DNA of 28,937 nucleotides from a virus (Duplodnaviria > Caudoviricetes): the IMG/VR virus record IMGVR_UViG_3300044641_006939, positions 1-28,937 of that record; one strand, 5' to 3'. The notes under the pieces are model-generated. The model did no database searches. It saw only the letters and a list, made by a program, of their open reading frames with translations, and was not told the DNA's origin. The translations under genes and the position numbers were made by a program. Below, piece by piece: positions 9,566-17,849 of this stretch (within the stretch, counting starts at the first letter, position 1; each line of letters starts with the position of its first letter).

Positions 9566-10113
9566 CATATAGTTTTATTAGAAATGTATTATTAGAAGGT
9601 AGACCTGATAAATTAGAAATTAAAAAACTGCCTTACGATTATGACGAACTTGATCCAGCTATTTCTGAAGAGACAATAAGATATCATTACGGAAAATTGG
9701 CTAAGACATATGCTGAACGCTACAACAATAACGAAGGCGATCCAGTGTTCAACGAAGCAGGAGTTTTTCTACACAATATTTTGTTTCAACAATATCAAGG
9801 ACCAAGTGGGTCAAACAAACCTACAGGAAATATTTTAACTTTTATTGAAAAACATTTTAAAAGTTTTGATAATTTCAAAAAAGAATTTGAAAAAGAAGCA
9901 ATGAGTATACAAGGCAGTGGTTGGGTATATCTTAGCAAGAGCGGTAAGATTAAAAAAATTGTAAATCACGAAATTAAAAAAGATATAGTATTGTTAATCG
10001 ATTGGTGGGAACATTCTTGGGCATTAGACTATCAATCAGATAAAAAGAAATATTTAGAAAATCAATGGAAAATAATAAATTGGGATCACATCAATGAGCA
10101 AACAGCAATATAA
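9562..10113 (+). CDS. sod: Fe/Mn superoxide dismutase
   Basis: LPYDYDELDP.IS, YHYGK, FLHN, QGSGW and DWWEH; all four metal ligands appear to be present. Confidence 0.9.
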   Translation: MTYSFIRNVLLEGRPDKLEIKKLPYDYDELDPAISEETIRYHYGKLAKTYAERYNNNEGDPVFNEAGVFLHNILFQQYQGPSGSNKPTGNILTFIEKHFKSFDNFKKEFEKEAMSIQGSGWVYLSKSGKIKKIVNHEIKKDIVLLIDWWEHSWALDYQSDKKKYLENQWKIINWDHINEQTAI

Positions 10114-11194
10114 TTTAAACACTAAGACAGACTATCTATCACGTAAGATGTTTTTAGATCCAGAAGGTCCTGTTACTATTCAACGATTTGAAGAAGTGAA
10201 ATATCCTAAGATTCAAAAGATTGAACAGACAGCTAGAGGATTCTTTTGGGTACCAGAAGAAATTAGTCTAACTAAAGATGCCGGAGATTTTAAAGAAGCC
10301 AGCGATGCAGTTAAACATATCTTTACCAGTAACTTGTTAAGACAGACAGCCTTAGACAGTTTGCAAGGGCGTGGACCCGCACAAGTTTTTACTCCTTGTG
10401 TTAGTTTGCCTGAATTAGAAGCACTAATGTACAACTGGAGTTTCTTTGAAACTAATATTCATAGCCGTAGTTACAGCCACATTATTCGTAACATCTACAA
10501 CGTGCCTAAGGAAGTGTTTAATACTATTCACGATACACAAGAAATAGTTGATATGGCCAGTAGTGTAGGCAAGTACTATGATTTATTACACAGACTAAAT
10601 TGCCGTAAAGAACTGACAGAGAATGTAACAGAAATTGAACATGTCAAAGCAATTTGGTTAGCATTGAACGCCAGCTATGCTTTAGAAGCTTTTAGATTTA
10701 TGGTTAGCTTTGCTACAAGCTTGGCCATGGTAGAGAACAAGATCTTTATTGGCAATGGTAATATTATTAGTTTAATTTTACAAGACGAACTATTACATAA
10801 AGAATGGACTGCTATGCTTATCAATGCAGTGGTTAAAGAAGATGAAAGATTCGTTCGTGCCAAAATAGAATGTGAAGCAGAAGTATATGCTATGTATGAA
10901 GATGTAATCAGAGAAGAAAAAGCGTGGGCAGATTATTTGTTCAAAAAGGGTCCTGTAATTGGACTTAATGCAAATATCTTAAAAGATTTTGTAGATTACA
11001 CAGCAGCCGCGGCTCTAAAAGAAATTGGCATTAAGTATCAAAGTCCTGCACCGAAAACTACACCAATACCTTGGTTCAACAAGCACAGCGACACTAGTAA
11101 GAAACAAACTGCCTTACAAGAGAACGAGTCGACTAACTATGTTATAGGTGTTATGTCAGATGCTATAGATTATGAAGAGTTGCCAGTATTATAA
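10094..11194 (+). CDS. nrdB: Class Ia ribonucleotide reductase beta subunit
   Basis: FW.PEE, QTALDSLQGR, ETNIHSRSY (radical Tyr), LEAFRF, DELLH, C-terminal QE.E...Y. Confidence 0.96.
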   Translation: MSKQQYNLNTKTDYLSRKMFLDPEGPVTIQRFEEVKYPKIQKIEQTARGFFWVPEEISLTKDAGDFKEASDAVKHIFTSNLLRQTALDSLQGRGPAQVFTPCVSLPELEALMYNWSFFETNIHSRSYSHIIRNIYNVPKEVFNTIHDTQEIVDMASSVGKYYDLLHRLNCRKELTENVTEIEHVKAIWLALNASYALEAFRFMVSFATSLAMVENKIFIGNGNIISLILQDELLHKEWTAMLINAVVKEDERFVRAKIECEAEVYAMYEDVIREEKAWADYLFKKGPVIGLNANILKDFVDYTAAAALKEIGIKYQSPAPKTTPIPWFNKHSDTSKKQTALQENESTNYVIGVMSDAIDYEELPVL

Positions 11195-12399
11195 TGAAAA
11201 AATTAGCCATAGTTGGTGCTGGAACAGCCGGAATACAAGCATTGTGTCATTTTTTATCATACTTAGATGAAACATGGCAAGTAGTGTGTATTCATGACCC
11301 TTCTACGAAAATTTTTGGTATAGGAGAAAGTTCTAATCCTTCTTTCATCGCAGCTCTTCAAACTGGTGCAGATTTTGATCTAGTCTTTGATTTAGATAAA
11401 TTAGACGGAACATTAAAGTTAGGAAGTCTATACAAAGATTGGAGAGAAGCTGATTTTCTTAATCCGTTTTTAGCAGGATCTTTGGCGATTCACTTTGATT
11501 CGGAAAAATTGAAATCATTCATACTGCCTAGATTAGTAAAAAAATGGAAGGAAAAGTTATCTGTCATAGAAGGCAAGGTAACATCGGTAAATCAAACTAA
11601 CGAATCTGTGTTTCTATCTATCAATAACATCGACTATTCTTTTGATTATGTAATGGATTGCACAGGATTTCCTTCTAATTTCGAAAACTGCGTAGTCTTA
11701 GAAGATTTCACGGTAAATCATGCATTGATACATAATGTTAGACAACCCGGCGACTGGCACTATACCGGACATACTGCTACTCCAGATGGGTGGATGTTTG
11801 AAATACCCTTAACTTTCAGAAGAAGTTATGGTTATATGTTTAATGACAAAATTACATCTATAAATGATGCCCGAGCAAATTTTTCTCAACTCATTAATAT
11901 ACCTTTGGAACAATTAGATAACATCGAATACACTTTTAAGTCTTTTTATAGTAAAAATATTTTAGATAACCGAATTATAAAGAATGGCAATGCTGCAATA
12001 TTCTTCGAACCATTATTTGCTAATTCTATTTTTAACTATGATAGAATTAATAGAATTTTCTTTGATTATATAACCCAGAAAATGTCTGCAGATAAAGTTG
12101 AATCTGATTTTCGATCTCTTGCAGAACAAGTTAGAGATATGATAGCTTACCATTATATTGGAGGTTCTACATATGATACAGACTTTTGGAAAATTACTTC
12201 TGAAAAAACAAAACCAATAGTTTTCAACTCTGTTTCATTTAATTTTTTTAAAGATTCATTAAAAAATATAACTAAAAATAAAAGTTATAGTTATGGAACT
12301 GGTAATAGTTGGTGTTTTAATGAACCTGCACTACTATTATTAGATAAAAATTTTCAATACAATTTTTATGTAGATGGAACAGAACATTTTATAGTATGA
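11194..12399 (+). CDS. Tryptophan-halogenase-like flavoprotein
   Basis: GAGTAG Rossmann motif, IGES, DCTGF, GWMFEIPL, GN...FFEPL. Confidence 0.75.
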   Translation: MKKLAIVGAGTAGIQALCHFLSYLDETWQVVCIHDPSTKIFGIGESSNPSFIAALQTGADFDLVFDLDKLDGTLKLGSLYKDWREADFLNPFLAGSLAIHFDSEKLKSFILPRLVKKWKEKLSVIEGKVTSVNQTNESVFLSINNIDYSFDYVMDCTGFPSNFENCVVLEDFTVNHALIHNVRQPGDWHYTGHTATPDGWMFEIPLTFRRSYGYMFNDKITSINDARANFSQLINIPLEQLDNIEYTFKSFYSKNILDNRIIKNGNAAIFFEPLFANSIFNYDRINRIFFDYITQKMSADKVESDFRSLAEQVRDMIAYHYIGGSTYDTDFWKITSEKTKPIVFNSVSFNFFKDSLKNITKNKSYSYGTGNSWCFNEPALLLLDKNFQYNFYVDGTEHFIV

Positions 12400-12854
12400 A
12401 AACACTAAGAGAATATATTAATTTGGTCACAGAAGAAGCCATAGAAGATAATTGGTTTAAAAGTGGAGGATTTAAAACTTATAAAAAACCAAATCCTGTC
12501 CATTATGAAACAGCTACAGATTCAGGAACAATCGATACATTAGAAGGTCCTGTTAGATATGAAGCTGGTCATAAAATTATTACTGGCCCTAAAGGAGAAA
12601 AATATCCTGTAAGTCCAGAATCGTTTTATGACAAATATGATGTAGATGATGAAAATACAGCAACACCTAAAAAAATAATTAAGTATGCTAAATTAGCAGA
12701 CCATGATGGAGTATTACATACATCTTGGGGAGATCTAGAATACACAAAAGGAAATGATTATATAGTAAGACATGGCGAAGGAGATTATGGTGCAGTTAAA
12801 AAAGACATCTTTCATCAAACTTACGATACATCAAATATAAAGGATAAAGAATGA
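12396..12854 (+). CDS. PGDYG-like protein with an internally duplicated domain
   Basis: TLEG...KIITGPKGEKYPV..ESFYDKY and TSWG...DYIVRHGEGDYGAVKKDIFHQTY halves. Confidence 0.6.
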   Translation: MKTLREYINLVTEEAIEDNWFKSGGFKTYKKPNPVHYETATDSGTIDTLEGPVRYEAGHKIITGPKGEKYPVSPESFYDKYDVDDENTATPKKIIKYAKLADHDGVLHTSWGDLEYTKGNDYIVRHGEGDYGAVKKDIFHQTYDTSNIKDKE

Positions 12855-13075
12855 AAGCAGTAGTATGGAGTAAGTACCATTGTCCGTTTTGTGATCAGGC
12901 CAAGGCTTTGCTCACAATGAAAGGCATTGAATTTGAAGAAAAGAAAATTGGAGATGGATTTTCCAAAGAAGATTTATTAGAAGCAGTTCCAACAGCACGT
13001 ACAGTTCCGCAGATTTTTTTAGATGGAAAATTAGTCGGTGGATTTACAGAACTTAAACAATATTTGAAAGGCTAA
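12851..13075 (+). CDS. Glutaredoxin (NrdC/Grx-like)
   Basis: CPFC active site, TVPQIF, GGF. Confidence 0.93.
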   Translation: MKAVVWSKYHCPFCDQAKALLTMKGIEFEEKKIGDGFSKEDLLEAVPTARTVPQIFLDGKLVGGFTELKQYLKG

Positions 13076-13076
13076 T

Positions 13077-13391
13077 ATGTTATTAGAAAAAACAAGATTT
13101 GATGAAAACGATGTAGTTACAATTAAGTTAATGTCAGGCGAAGAAGTTATAGGTAAATTTGTCAGTGATGATGAAAAACATTTTACATTGGATAGGCCTT
13201 TAATGTTAGCTATGAGTCAAAAAGGAATAGGAATGGCTCCTATACTAGTCACCGTGAATCCAGAAACAAAATTAAGATTCAATAAAAATGCAGTTATAGT
13301 TGCCGCACATTCAGATGACGAAATTGCTAAACAGTACATATATCAAACTACAGGTATTCAACCTGTAACTAACGGAGGGATAGTTTTATAA
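13077..13391 (+). CDS. Conserved T4-like phage protein, possible Sm-like beta-barrel
   Basis: VTIKLMSGEEVIGK motif; 104 aa. Confidence 0.6.
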   Translation: MLLEKTRFDENDVVTIKLMSGEEVIGKFVSDDEKHFTLDRPLMLAMSQKGIGMAPILVTVNPETKLRFNKNAVIVAAHSDDEIAKQYIYQTTGIQPVTNGGIVL

Positions 13392-13687
13392 TGCCATCAG
13401 TAGCTAGAATCGGGGATACTATATCAACTGGGCACGGGTGTGATGGAACAACTACATTAACCAGTCCATCAACTAACGTATTTGCTAATAGTAAAGGTAT
13501 AGAAAGACAGGGAGACCCTACTGTCGTTCATCGTTTAACAGGTAGAGGTTGTTCAGTCACTCATACTGCCGTTATAAATGTAGGATCTGGGAACGTGTTT
13601 GTAAACAATAAAGCAATCGGAAGAGTTGGAGATTCAGCCGATGCCGGTGCTATTACATCCGGATCACCAAATGTATTTGCCAATTAA
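13391..13687 (+). CDS. PAAR-domain protein (contractile tail spike tip)
   Basis: ARIGD, ERQGD and GRVGD repeats; S.NVFAN/GSGNVFVN/GSPNVFAN; conserved His residues. Confidence 0.9.
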   Translation: MPSVARIGDTISTGHGCDGTTTLTSPSTNVFANSKGIERQGDPTVVHRLTGRGCSVTHTAVINVGSGNVFVNNKAIGRVGDSADAGAITSGSPNVFAN

Positions 13688-13688
13688 G

Positions 13689-13717
13689 TTGACTTTCGAC
13701 CAACAAATCGTTATGTT
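13689..13717 (+). promoter_or_regulatory. Sigma70-like promoter (likely leaderless)
   Basis: TTGACT 13689-13694, 17 bp spacer, TATGTT 13712-13717; ATG at 13724 with no SD. Confidence 0.6.
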
Positions 13718-13723
13718 TAATTC

Positions 13724-14323
13724 ATGAAGAAAAAAATTATTTTAACTGATGCCGACGGTGTAATTTTAGACTGGGAATGGGCATTTAGAATTTGGATGCA
13801 AGAACGAGGATATAAACTTATCCCTAATGGGCATTACAGCTATCACTTTCACGATCATTTCGAAAATTTAACTCAAGAAGATTCTAAGAAAATGGTAAGA
13901 ACTTTTAACGAAAGTGCTGCCATAGGTTTCCTTCCTGCATTAAGAGACGCTGCACACTATGTTAAGAGACTACATGAAGAACATGGTTATCAATTTCATT
14001 TAATCACTAGTCTAAGTAAAGATGAAAATGCACAGCGTCTTAGAGAAATGAATATAAAAAAAATCTTTGGATCTAACACATTTGAAAAATTTATTTTTTT
14101 AGATACTGGCGGAGATAAAGACGAGGTTTTATCTAATTATAAAGACAGCAACTTATTCTGGATTGAAGATAAGCCAGAAAACGCAGATGTTGGATACAAA
14201 TTAGGTTTAAGATCTATTTTAATGGAACACGGACATAATATGAATCATGCGTGTTCTTATCCAATTGTAAAAAATTGGAAAGATATATATAACATTATAA
14301 CCCAAGGAGAAAATAATGAGTAA
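13724..14323 (+). CDS. HAD-superfamily 5'(3')-nucleotidase-like protein
   Basis: DADGV motif I, ITS motif II, K motif III, IEDK motif IV. Confidence 0.85.
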   Translation: MKKKIILTDADGVILDWEWAFRIWMQERGYKLIPNGHYSYHFHDHFENLTQEDSKKMVRTFNESAAIGFLPALRDAAHYVKRLHEEHGYQFHLITSLSKDENAQRLREMNIKKIFGSNTFEKFIFLDTGGDKDEVLSNYKDSNLFWIEDKPENADVGYKLGLRSILMEHGHNMNHACSYPIVKNWKDIYNIITQGENNE

Positions 14324-14510
14324 GTATCAAGAATTAGTAGCATTAGTAGAATCAATGGAAGGCGACTTCGAAAAGTTTTATGACAAAGGTGTAGGCAGTG
14401 CTGGCACTCGTGTGCGTAAAGGACTACAAGAATTATCTAAGTTTTGTAAAGATGTGCGTAACGATGTAACTGCTGTCAAAAACGAACGTAAAGAATCTAA
14501 AACTAAATAA
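14316..14510 (+). CDS. Histone H1-like Hc1-family small protein
   Basis: DFEKFYDKG..SAGTRVRKGLQELSK signature; AGGAG SD. Confidence 0.7.
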   Translation: MSKYQELVALVESMEGDFEKFYDKGVGSAGTRVRKGLQELSKFCKDVRNDVTAVKNERKESKTK

Positions 14511-14526
14511 TTTATAGGAGGCCAAT

Positions 14527-14598
14527 ATGGGTTATAGAGCTAAAACAAAAACCAAAGCAGCAGCAAGACGTGTTTTACGTAGAAAAGGAAGAATTTAA
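14527..14598 (+). CDS. Unannotated 23-aa basic peptide MGYRAKTKTKAAARRVLRRKGRI
   Basis: AGGAGG SD 14516-14521, CTAAATA 14503-14509 upstream, 10 of 23 residues K/R. Confidence 0.7.
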   Translation: MGYRAKTKTKAAARRVLRRKGRI

Positions 14599-14599
14599 A

Positions 14600-14683
14600 A
14601 TGGCTAAAATACTTAGAGAAAGAGCAGCAAAAACAAAAGCAGCATCAAGAGCTAAAACTACGAGAAGAAAGAAGAGCAAATAA
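14600..14683 (+). CDS. Unannotated 27-aa basic peptide MAKILRERAAKTKAASRAKTTRRKKSK
   Basis: Starts 1 nt after the previous stop; its TAA overlaps the iscU ATG (TAATG); 12 of 27 residues K/R. Confidence 0.65.
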   Translation: MAKILRERAAKTKAASRAKTTRRKKSK

Positions 14684-15105
14684 TGGCTTATTCGGATCAA
14701 GTTGTAGACCACTACGAAAATCCACGTAATGTTGGAAAACTTGATAAAGATGATCCAAGCGTGGGCACCGGGTTAGTTGGTGCACCTGCTTGCGGAGATG
14801 TACTTCAACTTCAAATCAAGGTAGAGGACAATGTTATCACAGATGCTAAATTTAAGACATATGGTTGCGGTTCGGCGATCGCATCTTCGTCGCTTGTCAC
14901 TACGTGGCTTAAGGGAAAGAGTCTGGATGAGGCGAATTCGATTAAGAATACCCACATTGCGGAAGAACTCGCGTTACCTCCTGTCAAAATCCACTGTTCC
15001 ATATTGGCGGAAGATGCAATTAAAGCAGCATTAGCAGATTATAAATCAAAAAATGATACAGCTAACAGAAATAGCAGCGAAGAAGGTACAGCAACAACTA
15101 TCTAA
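14683..15105 (+). CDS. iscU: Fe-S cluster scaffold IscU
   Basis: YS.QV.DHYENPRNVG, GAPACGD, GCGSAIASSS, LPPVKIHC. Confidence 0.96.
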   Translation: MAYSDQVVDHYENPRNVGKLDKDDPSVGTGLVGAPACGDVLQLQIKVEDNVITDAKFKTYGCGSAIASSSLVTTWLKGKSLDEANSIKNTHIAEELALPPVKIHCSILAEDAIKAALADYKSKNDTANRNSSEEGTATTI

Positions 15106-15379
15106 AAGAGGTCGAGGCCTTGGCATAATGATTGGTGTAAGAACCACCGGTTGTTCAGGCCTCGCCTATAAATTAGAGTATGTTGATAATCCTCCGGTAA
15201 CACGTGATTATATGACATACGATAGCAATGGAATAAAAATTTGGGTCAACGGCCGAGACTTACCATACATTGATGGAATGACTATGGATTGGCGACGTCA
15301 AGGTCTCAATGAAGGTTTTGATTTTATTAACAGTAAAGAAAAGGACCGATGCGGTTGCGGTGAATCATTTAGAATCTGA
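15053..15379 (+). CDS. iscA: A-type Fe-S carrier IscA
   Basis: TTGCSGLAY and CGCGESF motifs. Confidence 0.95.
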   Translation: MIQLTEIAAKKVQQQLSKRGRGLGIMIGVRTTGCSGLAYKLEYVDNPPVTRDYMTYDSNGIKIWVNGRDLPYIDGMTMDWRRQGLNEGFDFINSKEKDRCGCGESFRI

Positions 15380-15381
15380 CT

Positions 15382-15708
15382 ATGTGGACTAGAGAAGATA
15401 CCAAAAATTGGTTATTTCAAATAGAGCATAGGATAGAAGATTTTGAATATTATCTAAAACAAACCGAAAATTGGTGCGAGCTTCATGGCATCATCAACGA
15501 TGCACAGTTGTTTATGTGCTACACAATGACCATTGTTTGGGTCAGTTATATGAGAGGCGAAAAACTAACCAAAACAGAAGTATTTGAAATTTTAGGATTC
15601 GAACAGCCTGATTTTTCGAACGACTTATATGAATTGGGTATAGAATTTCAAGACCTCGATCACGAATCATTGCTATATAAAGTGTGCAAAAATTTCGCTG
15701 AAGATTGA
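15382..15708 (+). CDS. Hypothetical protein
   Basis: 108 aa ORF filling the gap. Confidence 0.7.
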   Translation: MWTREDTKNWLFQIEHRIEDFEYYLKQTENWCELHGIINDAQLFMCYTMTIVWVSYMRGEKLTKTEVFEILGFEQPDFSNDLYELGIEFQDLDHESLLYKVCKNFAED

Positions 15709-15733
15709 CATTTACCAAAATTTGTAATATAAT
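15705..15733 (+). promoter_or_regulatory. Sigma70 consensus promoter
   Basis: TTGACA 15705-15710, 17 bp spacer, TATAAT 15728-15733. Confidence 0.85.
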
Positions 15734-15762
15734 ACATGTTTTAACACTTCAGGAGACATATT

Positions 15763-16152
15763 TTGACTATGCATTTGGAAGGCCCGTGGCTATCAACTAC
15801 AGGCAAGCGAAAAGGCAAACAGAAATTTAGAAATTCCGAAGAGGCACAAAAGGCAAGACAATTGGACGAAGATTGGAAAGAATTACAGAAAAAATGGGGC
15901 TTTGAAGCTGAACAGAAGCGTAAAAAACGTGCGATGTCAGCAAGTACTTACGTAGCACCGAAACCGTTTCATAGAGGTGCAGATCAGCCCAAAATCCCAA
16001 GTTTACCATTTACTGGTGGTGCTTGTACTAAGCCTGAACAAAAGGTTTATACAGGTACAAAAGTAAAAGGAATCGGTACTATGCACAAGTCTAATGCAGT
16101 TCCTATCTTCAGTGATGAAGAAGCAGTTGACATTAGCAAAATGCGTAGATAA
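15763..16152 (+). CDS. Conserved basic T4-like phage hypothetical protein
   Basis: AGGAGA SD 15751-15756; C-terminal YTGT..KGIGTMHKSNAVPIF motif. Confidence 0.75.
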   Translation: MTMHLEGPWLSTTGKRKGKQKFRNSEEAQKARQLDEDWKELQKKWGFEAEQKRKKRAMSASTYVAPKPFHRGADQPKIPSLPFTGGACTKPEQKVYTGTKVKGIGTMHKSNAVPIFSDEEAVDISKMRR

Positions 16153-16293
16153 TTCATTTTCAATCGAGATAATTAATTAACGGTTTGAAAAAAGAGAACT
16201 TATGGCCCTCGGATTTCAGCCCACAGCAGTTTTTAATATTTTTTGGACGGCTGGTGTGTAGCGATACACATTAACTAATAGGAGGATTTAACT

Positions 16294-16869
16294 ATGGAAA
16301 AATATCTAAGAATTGGTATGCTCGTGCTGGGCGTATTCTTAGTAGGATCAGCAATACAGGCTATTACCAAAAATCGTATAGCCTACTATAAACAAGTCGA
16401 AATAGCTACTCAAGCAAAAATTGAAGCTAAAAATCGAGAACTTGTTGCTCTAAAAGATAGAGAGCGTCAATTAGAATGTTTGGCAAGAAATGTTTATTTC
16501 GAATCTGGATCAGAAAGTTTCGAAGGAAAAGTGGCAGTGGCCCAGGTTACTTTGAATAGATCAAAGCATCCTAACTTCCCAAATGATATTTGCCAAGTAG
16601 TCTACCAAAAAACATATTTTGACAAGTATGTTGTTTGCCAATTTAGTTGGTACTGCGAGAATGGTGGCAGACCAAAAATTAAGCATCCTGAGTTGTACAA
16701 AGAAAGTTATGAAGTTGCTAAAAAAGTTCTTTTGGAAAACTTCCGCTTATCTTCAATGAAAGATGCTATGTACTTTCATGCCGTTTATGTTAACCCAAAT
16801 TGGGGTAAGGAACGGATTGGTGTAATCGGTAATCATGTTTTTTATAGGGATCGAAATGTCAAGAGTTAA
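16294..16869 (+). CDS. SleB/Hydrolase_2-type cell wall hydrolase with N-terminal membrane anchor
   Basis: CLARNVYFES, GKVAVAQVTLNR, FP..IC.VVYQ, CQFSW, YFHA.YV.P.W, IGNHVFY; AGGAGG SD. Confidence 0.9.
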   Translation: MEKYLRIGMLVLGVFLVGSAIQAITKNRIAYYKQVEIATQAKIEAKNRELVALKDRERQLECLARNVYFESGSESFEGKVAVAQVTLNRSKHPNFPNDICQVVYQKTYFDKYVVCQFSWYCENGGRPKIKHPELYKESYEVAKKVLLENFRLSSMKDAMYFHAVYVNPNWGKERIGVIGNHVFYRDRNVKS

Positions 16870-17167
16870 TAGATGGATCGAACACACTAAATTTGTGTTT
16901 ACTAAACGAATTGGTGTAATTAGTTCAGAAACTATGGCTTGGTTGGCCAATATCATGTTACATGCTGCAACTATTCCTAGTTTGTTAGCAGTTAGCATGA
17001 GTCTTACAGATAAACTACCTAGTGTAGATTTGGTTTTACTTACTTGGGGTGCATTGACTTTGCTATTTGCCAAGGCAGTGATTATCAAAGATATGCTCAA
17101 TGTTGCAACAATTGGTTTTGGATTTATCATTCAAAGTGTATTAATGATGTTGATTTTCTTTAAATAA
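16856..17167 (+). CDS. Small 3-TM membrane protein (PQ-loop/SemiSWEET-like or holin-like)
   Basis: Three hydrophobic segments. Start moved to ATG 16856, which follows AGGGA. Confidence 0.65.
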   Translation: MSRVNRWIEHTKFVFTKRIGVISSETMAWLANIMLHAATIPSLLAVSMSLTDKLPSVDLVLLTWGALTLLFAKAVIIKDMLNVATIGFGFIIQSVLMMLIFFK

Positions 17168-17177
17168 CCAAAAGTTG

Positions 17178-17206
17178 TTGACATTTGAAACCTTCTATAG
17201 TATTAT
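17178..17206 (+). promoter_or_regulatory. Sigma70 promoter
   Basis: TTGACA 17178-17183, 17 bp spacer, TATTAT 17201-17206. Confidence 0.75.
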
Positions 17207-17252
17207 ATGTACTGTAGAAGGTTTTTTATTTTTAACACACAGAAAGGCACAT

Positions 17253-17849
17253 ATGAAAAAGGCATTTGTAGTTACTACTGTAGCACTTACCCTTACCGCT
17301 TGTTCAAGCATGAGTACTCTTCAAACCGAAAATGTTGAAAAGAAACAAGTACCCACTTGGTATCTAGAACATGCCGATACTGGAACTGAATCTAAAGGAT
17401 TAAAGTTTTGGGATCGAGAAGGCATGTTTTATGCAGTAGCAGAAGATGTTAGTCCAAGTATGGAAATGGCATTGAAAAAAGCTACGCTGAAAGCAAAGGC
17501 CAAAATTGTAGACCGAGTCAACGGTGAAATGAACAACCGCACAACTTTGGTATATGGTGAATCTGGTTCTCCAGATGCTCCTATTGGTCGTGCCGAATCA
17601 CAAGATGTTATTGTTAACCTTATTGCAGAAAGTGTTCTTAGAACTTATGGTCTAGAAAAGAAGATGGTAATTTGGAATCCAGAACTAAGAAACTATCGTG
17701 CTTTTGTACTAATGAAAATTAGTAAAAAAGATGTAGAAACTATGGCAGCACAATATGATCAAAGCAAACAGGTCAAACTACAGAATCGAGTAGCAGGCAA
17801 AACTGTAGACGAAACTGCTAGAGAAGTTCTTGAACAAGCGAGAAAATAA
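17253..17849 (+). CDS. Lipoprotein, LPP20-like
   Basis: Start ATG 17253 after GAAAGG; signal peptide with lipobox LTAC; P.WY and A..KA...AKA.I motifs. Confidence 0.75.
   Translation: MKKAFVVTTVALTLTACSSMSTLQTENVEKKQVPTWYLEHADTGTESKGLKFWDREGMFYAVAEDVSPSMEMALKKATLKAKAKIVDRVNGEMNNRTTLVYGESGSPDAPIGRAESQDVIVNLIAESVLRTYGLEKKMVIWNPELRNYRAFVLMKISKKDVETMAAQYDQSKQVKLQNRVAGKTVDETAREVLEQARK

Noticed and set aside
7229-11194. Intron/intein or homing endonuclease in nrdA/nrdB
   Set aside because: Both ORFs are uninterrupted and of normal length, and the intervening gene is a SOD.
13391-13687. PAAR as evidence of a type VI secretion system
   Set aside because: No T6SS genes are present; PAAR is a normal myophage spike tip (T4 gp5.4-like).
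16127-16155. Sigma70 promoter at TTGACA 16127
   Set aside because: No good -10 box at 16-18 bp spacing.
17175-17252. ORF-track upstream starts at 17175 (also 16835, 18551, 20518, 23377, 23888)
   Set aside because: These extensions run through promoter or SD elements; downstream ATGs fit the SD spacing and protein family N-termini better.
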